Of a stretch of 52,950 bases of DNA, positions 47,167 to 52,950 are shown in pieces (the first letter of the stretch is position 1; each line of letters begins with the position of its first letter). Source of the DNA: a virus. Its lineage: Duplodnaviria; Caudoviricetes. The notes beneath the pieces were generated by a model. It was not told the DNA's origin. It saw only the letters and a list, made by a program, of their open reading frames with translations, and searched no databases. The translations under genes and the position numbers were made by a program. Location of the stretch: positions 1-52,950 of IMG/VR virus record IMGVR_UViG_3300048032_000821; one strand, 5' to 3'.

Positions 47167-47211
47167 GTATATTATAGGATATGGCGCCTAATATGCGCAT
47201 AGGCAAGTAAA

Positions 47212-47493
47212 ATGAAAGATTGGTTAGATAAGCAAAAAGAAGTGGAAAACGACATGCTTGAGTCCGTTAGTATTCAAGCGAAGCAGATCTCGGAAGAATT
47301 GATTCCTCAGATCAGATTGTGTGCATTAGAAAATGAAATGTGCGCTGATATAATGATCAAGGTGCATTTTGAATTCAATGAGAAAAATACTGAAATTTGG
47401 AGTGAAGGCGCAGTAGACTTTCCCCCAAAGCAATCAGTATCGGAATGTTTCTCGATCGGCTATGGGGAAGATAAAGAAGAATCCGATTCTTGA
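47212..47493 (+). CDS. Acidic hypothetical protein
   Basis: 93-aa ORF downstream of the strong promoter. Confidence 0.65.
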   Translation: MKDWLDKQKEVENDMLESVSIQAKQISEELIPQIRLCALENEMCADIMIKVHFEFNEKNTEIWSEGAVDFPPKQSVSECFSIGYGEDKEESDS

Positions 47494-47749
47494 AAAACTA
47501 GGTCTGGAGGTAGATGAGGTACGAGCTGCGTTCTCCGTACCCGCCCCAAAAAAACCTAAAAAGAAAAAGAATTACCTATACCGGGCGGAACAGAGGAAGA
47601 TGTCCAACCGTATGCGTAAATGTAAAAATTTGATATTTGCGCGTTACGAGGCCGGTATTCATCCGAAGACAATTGCCAAGGCTATTGGTGTATCCGAGGA
47701 ATCCGTAAGAGTCAGGCTTCGGGCCTCAGGCTTTTTTACACAGTCTTAA
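47462..47749 (+). CDS. HTH DNA-binding protein
   Basis: GIHPKTIAKAIGVSEESVRVRL C-terminal HTH. Confidence 0.7.
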   Translation: MGKIKKNPILEKLGLEVDEVRAAFSVPAPKKPKKKKNYLYRAEQRKMSNRMRKCKNLIFARYEAGIHPKTIAKAIGVSEESVRVRLRASGFFTQS

Positions 47750-48152
47750 ACAAATCCCAATTCTCGCGGAATTGCTCGGTGTGAGCCGTAGACTCTCCGC
47801 TGTGTGGGTAGAACCAAACCGATAAAGTGTTATTAAGCTCCATGCACGGTATTATGTACCATGCGTCGACTGGTTCGACATAAGCACAAAGTATGTCGAC
47901 TTTTGTGCAATCTATCGACACTTTAGAATTTCTCCCGGTTCCTGCCAGAACCTTGTAGCGGGGCTCTTTGCGTCCTTTGGTCTCAGGGCTGCTTGTTCCC
48001 TTGATTTGGACTCTAAAGAGCTTTCCTGCCCGGTTCTGGATCACGCAATCAACCGGTAGGTCATCACCGGCGGGTATGAAAAGCTCATACCCCCGGTCTA
48101 AAATGTTCGAGAAAAATCGGTACTCGTAAAAGATTCCTCGTTTTTTATTCAT
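47736..48152 (-). CDS. PD-(D/E)XK endonuclease (PDDEXK_5-like)
   Basis: E..F, PVDCVI, RVQIK, VDILCAY and WYIIP. Confidence 0.8.
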   Translation of the reverse strand: MNKKRGIFYEYRFFSNILDRGYELFIPAGDDLPVDCVIQNRAGKLFRVQIKGTSSPETKGRKEPRYKVLAGTGRNSKVSIDCTKVDILCAYVEPVDAWYIIPCMELNNTLSVWFYPHSGESTAHTEQFRENWDLFKTV

Positions 48153-50245
48153 CCCGAGCCGAGGATTTTCCAGCCGTATTGTTCCTTAGCTGATCGCTCA
48201 ATGAAATTAAATCCTTTGGAAATCATATGCTTCAATCCCCATCCAAGCTTCTTTGAGTTTAGATCTTTGAGCAGAACCCGGTTGTTATCATTTGCTGAAA
48301 GTACAACCAAAAGTTCGGAGCATGTGCCTTCCCATGATTCATCTTTCAAAGTCTTTCTAAACATCTGAATGAGCTCAATGATGTGAGAATAACGACTGTC
48401 CGCAGATGCAAGAAGTTGTATGTTTTCATTTAGAAATGCCTTAACACCAAACCTTAGATCAACCATTTCAGATGGTATCTCGTAGTCCAGAAGCCAGCGG
48501 GCGAAGGCCGGAAGTTCTTTCACCGCTTCACTTTTGGTTTCCCATGTGAATGGAAATCCATCGTTACATTGAAAGATCATAAGCTTATCTCGAATGGACA
48601 TGTCCAGATCGGGAAGTAACTGCATGGAAACAGGATCAGAATTGAGTGTAATACTAATTCGACCTCTCCAATAAGCCCGTCCTGATTTTTTGAACTTACC
48701 CTTAATCAGAAATGTATCATTGGCGGTATGCTCTTTGAGCCTTGCCGTGAACGCGGTGTGCATCGCGGAAGATGCTGTAGGAGCCTCATCATCTACCAGC
48801 CAAGCCCCAAATTCAAAAAGATGTTCAGTCCACTCCTCTTTCCCGGTCAGGTAATCTGATGCTTTAATTCCTCCACCCAACAAACCTCCAAGTATTACAC
48901 TGTTATACAAAGTTTTCCCGCAATTAGGAGGACCGACAAGAAAGTGCGCATGCCCTCGCTTGGGAACTCCAGCGTACGCATTTGCGTACGCATAGGCCAA
49001 CCATGCTAATTCATACTTCAGTTGTTCCTCACCAAGCATATGCTCCATCCAACTCGCAATTGTCGGAAAGCCCTCGCCCCATGAACCACTATCATCAGCG
49101 GGTGCGATCGGGCGAATCTTGGCGGTATTGAAATAGGTTCCATTCTCATGCTTCACGATTTTTGATTTGGTAAAGCAGAAAGGAATGCCGGCATCGACAC
49201 GCTTATTCGAATGGATCATATGCAATGCTCGCCGGGATTCAGAAACATTCTCATGCCGTCCGGGTCGAGAAGCTAGGTTGTACCGACATTGCAGATCGAG
49301 TAGGGCATCCTCTTTTGAATTAATATAGAACCCGCCTCTTCCATCCTCGATGAAGTAATTTCTACCATCCGTCCAGTAATCCTTAATTGCTTCGCCAATC
49401 CTGCCTACCTCGAATTCCTGAACAAATCCGGGTGATAAAATCTCAGCCCAGGTATAGAAACCTTTCGGCATGTTGAATACTTGCATGCCGGTCTCTCGTA
49501 CGATCGCTGAGTTAACACTCTTATGTTGCCCGCCCGGATCCCAATAAGTTGGTCCACGGCTTCCTTCCACAAACTCACCCGGCCATTGATGATCAGGCCA
49601 AACCTTTTTTACTTCCTCGAATACAACATCGAGAGGTATGGCTGGGCCCATTCCTGTGAAATCAGAAGATTTTGATTCTTCATACTGCCAATAATTTATC
49701 AGGCTGGTTGCAATTCTAGCATTAGGACTAACAGGGCGCCAATCTGTGCCATGCAGGAGATAATGCTGTCTCTCAAAATTACCAGCGTCGAATCCGCGAG
49801 CTAATGCATCCCGTCCATCAAGTTTCATTTCCTTGGCCAGGCGTTTCAGAAATCGAACATTACTCTTTGGCCCGTGAAGAAATATCTTATCCTCGAAAAA
49901 CCAAACAGCATGGATTCCACCATTGTAACTCCGACTGATATAATTCACTGGATATTCGTGGTCGATCAATCGTCTGACAATCTCCTCGAATTGCTCATCC
50001 GTAAATGTGGCATCCCAATCGACGCAGACACCATGAAGATACTGTGCAGGATTTTGTGAGCTTACCCGCTGATTTGGATCTACTCCCTCAGCGGTAGAGT
50101 ATGCGTTATATTTTGTGGTCGGTCTGGCCGCCCATGATTTGTAATCGTTGGAATTTTTAAATTCCGGCAACTCAAAATCAAGCTCCCATGGCTTGATCTT
50201 ACTGACTTGAGATGCGCTTAGATTCGGGATCGAAAATAGCTCCAT
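48149..50245 (-). CDS. Primase-helicase (AEP-like N-terminus plus SF3/DUF5906-like helicase)
   Basis: VDWD and GGIHAVW primase motifs; GPPNCGKT Walker A; LVDDE Walker B; ITLN motif C. Confidence 0.85.
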   Translation of the reverse strand: MELFSIPNLSASQVSKIKPWELDFELPEFKNSNDYKSWAARPTTKYNAYSTAEGVDPNQRVSSQNPAQYLHGVCVDWDATFTDEQFEEIVRRLIDHEYPVNYISRSYNGGIHAVWFFEDKIFLHGPKSNVRFLKRLAKEMKLDGRDALARGFDAGNFERQHYLLHGTDWRPVSPNARIATSLINYWQYEESKSSDFTGMGPAIPLDVVFEEVKKVWPDHQWPGEFVEGSRGPTYWDPGGQHKSVNSAIVRETGMQVFNMPKGFYTWAEILSPGFVQEFEVGRIGEAIKDYWTDGRNYFIEDGRGGFYINSKEDALLDLQCRYNLASRPGRHENVSESRRALHMIHSNKRVDAGIPFCFTKSKIVKHENGTYFNTAKIRPIAPADDSGSWGEGFPTIASWMEHMLGEEQLKYELAWLAYAYANAYAGVPKRGHAHFLVGPPNCGKTLYNSVILGGLLGGGIKASDYLTGKEEWTEHLFEFGAWLVDDEAPTASSAMHTAFTARLKEHTANDTFLIKGKFKKSGRAYWRGRISITLNSDPVSMQLLPDLDMSIRDKLMIFQCNDGFPFTWETKSEAVKELPAFARWLLDYEIPSEMVDLRFGVKAFLNENIQLLASADSRYSHIIELIQMFRKTLKDESWEGTCSELLVVLSANDNNRVLLKDLNSKKLGWGLKHMISKGFNFIERSAKEQYGWKILGSG

Positions 50246-50771
50246 AATAAAATACCTCTTCTAATGTTCTAATTGTTGCGAATTCCAGATCTGTGCGATA
50301 ACAGCTCAGGTTCTGTAATTCATAATCTATCTGCTCAGTGTTGAGCCCCTGCTCGGATATGTGATTATCCGCTTTGGATGGATCAGCCGGACGCACGACG
50401 CGAACAACCTTTCCACCTCTTGCATGAATCGCGGCCGCCTCATTCGGAAATCGGACATCATCAATGACATAATTATCTTCATCATTTAGCTGTCTCATCA
50501 GAGCCGTGACCCACACATCTTTACTGAGCATATTTCTTGCGAACTCTGTGCCAAGCAGTTGCATGATTTCTCTTGGGCTTTTTCCAAAATCAGGCATCAC
50601 TTTTTCCTTCAGTTCGGGATCATATAACTCTTCATGAGTTAGCCCCATAACTTTCAACATATCTTTAATCGGAGTCGCGAAACTTCTAATCTTATATCCC
50701 ATTCGCTCCTCTAAAATTTCAGCCACAGTACTTTTTCCGCAGCCCTTGAATCCTGTTAATCCAATAATCAT
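50199..50771 (-). CDS. Deoxynucleoside monophosphate kinase
   Basis: IIGLTGFKGCGKST, FATPIK, PREIMQLLGTE, IDDVRFPNE and HISE. Confidence 0.92.
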   Translation of the reverse strand: MIIGLTGFKGCGKSTVAEILEERMGYKIRSFATPIKDMLKVMGLTHEELYDPELKEKVMPDFGKSPREIMQLLGTEFARNMLSKDVWVTALMRQLNDEDNYVIDDVRFPNEAAAIHARGGKVVRVVRPADPSKADNHISEQGLNTEQIDYELQNLSCYRTDLEFATIRTLEEVFYYGAIFDPESKRISSQ

Positions 50772-52663
50772 TTCGTGTACTCCTTGGTTATAATTGCCTC
50801 ACTATCGAGCGGTACATCCTTCATCCACTCGGGACCTTGCTTCATCAATTCCTGTATGTCCGCCTTGGCATGCAGGGCATTCTCCTCATCTACTTCCACG
50901 ACGACTTCATCGTGCACATGAAGAACAACTTTGAATCCATGCTCATGCAGATTTTTAAGTATATGACCGAAGCAATCACGGGCAGTTGCCTGAACACTGT
51001 TCTGAAAAAGATTAGCTCCGTACATCTTTACCCGGCGGACACTACCTTTTTGTGTAGCTACGGTTACCCCGTCAGTCTCATGACGACAACGGAAGTATTT
51101 TAAACGACGACCGCTCGGAATCTCATTATCAAAATCATCACCCGCACCCGCTGCCTCTTTTAATTGACGATCAAGACTCTTCCATTGATGTGTGATCTTT
51201 GGGTTCTTGTCCCGAAAATCCTGGACTTGAATGTAGGCGTTAACCCATTGTCTACGGTCGTAGGTCGAAAGCGTTGGGTACATAGATCCTTTGCCCGGCT
51301 GATATGTATTCGCAAAATTCTGAAATTTTACTTCGTCCTTACGACTGAAATCCATGTCCAGAATTTGTTGCTGACCATACTGTTTAACAGTCTCTGCGAA
51401 CTTATGCCATCCGGAGCCGTACCCAAGCTGAAGAACACGAACCTTAGCCAAAAGATAAAGCTCAGGATCTTCATCCTTTAATTTTCCGCCTGTCCATCCC
51501 ATCGTCTGTCTAGCATGTGCTTCATATGGACTCATTCCCTGCTTTATCAATTTTAGGAAATCCATATCTCCGGCGATAAATGCAGTAAGCCTAGGCTCGA
51601 TCTGCGAAAGGTCAGCAACTACAAAAGTCTTACCTTCGGGCGCAGTAATTACATTTCGAATGTTTACCCCGTACTTTGTTTCCCGAGGCATATTCTGAAC
51701 ATTGAAACCGGCATCCCCGCTCCATCTTCCGGTGGCATCCGCACCAAAATATTTCAGATTGTATGACATTCTGTCTTCGGTGGTCAGACGATCCCTGACC
51801 GATTTCAATCGCTGTAAATGCATATTGATCCGATTATGATTCTGCATTGCTGATACAAAGGTCAGCTTGTCTCCATGCTCAGCAATCCAATCGGCTAGCG
51901 CTGGACTGTCCTTGGCGAGACTCTTGGGAGGCTCAACCCCTGCTTTCCGGCATTCTATCGCCATCGCTTTCTTGGAGTATATTACATATTCCTTTTTCGT
52001 ATCCGGATCGATCTCTCCATACCAAGGCAATGCTTTCTTCGCCTGGAATAAAGTTTCTTCCAAACGATTAATCCCATCGTCTAGCTTGTTTACATCGATA
52101 GGTAATCCTTCCCATGACATTGCCCGGGTTAATCTGGACAATAGCCGCTCGGTCTCAGGCCAATGGTCGTAGAGCTCTTGGAATATTTGATAAGTATATT
52201 TCGCGTCATCCAATGCGTATTCAAGAACCTGCTTGGATTCATCCATCGCAATCATATCTTCCCAAGTCTTGTCCTTCATGTTTTCACGGACAGCCTTGTC
52301 CATGTCTGCACTCAATATCTCTTTAGCTGAACCCTTTAGATTCCGCTGATACTGAAAATATACGCACATATCCGCGGTACAGATCCAATCTACTTTGATG
52401 TCAGGAATGATGCCTTGCTCAACGCATTTCTCGAAGCATCGCTGATCGAACGATGCGTTGTGTGCGATAAAGGTATACCCATCAAATTTTTTCCAATCTT
52501 TAAAATCTGATGTCTTTCCAACATAGGAAATATCAGGGCTCCATATCGCTACAAGATAGGCATCGAATTCAGGATGATTAACATACTGATATGTACTACT
52601 ACCCTGAATCGAATAGGTCTTAGAGTAGTAGGTTTCAAAATCTAATGCTGCAAATTTTTCCAT
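50768..52663 (-). CDS. Family A DNA polymerase with 3'-5' exonuclease
   Basis: DFET, HNASFD, YALDD exonuclease motifs; TGRWS; ADLSQIE (motif A); KVRVLQLGYG (motif B); HVHDE (motif C). Confidence 0.95.
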   Translation of the reverse strand: MEKFAALDFETYYSKTYSIQGSSTYQYVNHPEFDAYLVAIWSPDISYVGKTSDFKDWKKFDGYTFIAHNASFDQRCFEKCVEQGIIPDIKVDWICTADMCVYFQYQRNLKGSAKEILSADMDKAVRENMKDKTWEDMIAMDESKQVLEYALDDAKYTYQIFQELYDHWPETERLLSRLTRAMSWEGLPIDVNKLDDGINRLEETLFQAKKALPWYGEIDPDTKKEYVIYSKKAMAIECRKAGVEPPKSLAKDSPALADWIAEHGDKLTFVSAMQNHNRINMHLQRLKSVRDRLTTEDRMSYNLKYFGADATGRWSGDAGFNVQNMPRETKYGVNIRNVITAPEGKTFVVADLSQIEPRLTAFIAGDMDFLKLIKQGMSPYEAHARQTMGWTGGKLKDEDPELYLLAKVRVLQLGYGSGWHKFAETVKQYGQQQILDMDFSRKDEVKFQNFANTYQPGKGSMYPTLSTYDRRQWVNAYIQVQDFRDKNPKITHQWKSLDRQLKEAAGAGDDFDNEIPSGRRLKYFRCRHETDGVTVATQKGSVRRVKMYGANLFQNSVQATARDCFGHILKNLHEHGFKVVLHVHDEVVVEVDEENALHAKADIQELMKQGPEWMKDVPLDSEAIITKEYTK

Positions 52664-52685
52664 ACTGTTTTTGTGGTGTGTGGTT

Positions 52686-52750
52686 AAAAAATGGCTGCGG
52701 TAGTGAGGGAGCCCGAAACCCTAAAACGGACTCCCTCCACACCACAGCTA
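52686..52750 (-). other. Long irregular hairpin followed by a short T run (terminator or RNase III-type site)
   Basis: Minus strand TAGCTGTGGTGTGGAGGGAGTCCG..CGGGCTCCCTCACTACCGCAGCCA-TTTTT, between two genes. Confidence 0.55.
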
Positions 52751-52761
52751 ATCAATATGGA

Positions 52762-52950
52762 TTAGCAAAATTCGCTGAGCCAATTTACGAACTTCTCATC
52801 ATGCAGCTTACCCTTACGGATCTTAGGCCCATGAACGACATTGCTTCCGAACTGATATTTCTCAGTCGTCAATGTAAAGCTGCCGTGCTTCAAGCCATTC
52901 CGATAATAGGTAGCTCCAGCCGAAAAGATCGGTTTTGCTCCTTTGTCATA
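52762..52950 (-). CDS. C-terminal fragment of a hypothetical protein (cut by the window edge)
   Basis: Open frame YDKGAKPIFSAGATYY..EKFVNWLSEFC-stop. Confidence 0.6.
   Translation of the reverse strand, partial: YDKGAKPIFSAGATYYRNGLKHGSFTLTTEKYQFGSNVVHGPKIRKGKLHDEKFVNWLSEFC

Larger units (their letters stand above)
46963..47203. repeat. 20-bp imperfect direct repeat flanking the att core (putative Int arm sites)
   Basis: GCGCTTAATTTGCGCATAGG (46963-82) vs GCGCCTAATATGCGCATAGG (47184-203), 18/20 identical. Confidence 0.75.
1..52950. mobile_element. Temperate tailed dsDNA phage (podovirus-like), partial genome, attP state
   Basis: Terminase, portal, capsid, adaptor, integrase, PolA and primase are present. 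Phage genes flank the att core on both sides. No host housekeeping genes and no recognisable tape measure, tube or sheath gene. Confidence 0.95.

Noticed and set aside
48050-48056. Extra CAACCGG/CAACCGA matches (also about 44693 and 46024)
   Set aside because: They are inside genes with no correctly spaced -10 and start codon; treated as background.
47736-48152. Group I intron or homing element around the PD-(D/E)XK nuclease
   Set aside because: The gene is coupled to an intact primase by an ATGA overlap; no interrupted gene or intron core is visible.

Overview
The whole window is double-stranded DNA phage sequence: a temperate, probably short-tailed (podovirus-like) phage, shown in its unintegrated (attP) configuration and cut at both edges. 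(1) 1-7.3 kb, + strand: a G-poor early/host-interaction block with DUF932-like, GP88-like, HhH DNA glycosylase, rIIB and rIIA genes. (2) 7.3-7.8 kb: a highly structured non-coding spacer. (3) 7.8-45.8 kb, + strand: terS, a SleB-type hydrolase, a cluster of very basic small proteins, terL, a 3693-aa polyvalent protein (HExxH peptidase, ADP-ribosyltransferase-like cassette, LPD38-like end), portal, fibre/LamG modules, u-spanin- and holin-like genes, scaffold, N4-gp56-type major capsid protein, adaptor and a split nozzle. (4) 45.8-47.2 kb: tyrosine integrase and an attP built from the 5' half of a tRNA-Leu(CAA). (5) 47.7-52.95 kb, - strand: nuclease, primase-helicase, dNMP kinase and family A DNA polymerase. 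The best candidate for a new system is a two-part FN3 assembly that occurs twice: virion proteins carry tandem arrays of isolated FN3 A-strand-like peptides, and a nearby, separately promoted small gene encodes an FN3 domain that lacks its A strand, suggesting donor-strand-complemented fibres. Other highlights are a ten-copy CAACCGR/-35/N17/-10 late promoter family (several leaderless) and an 18-bp direct repeat that brackets the ART domain in frame. All family assignments come from motif recognition by eye; no searches were run.
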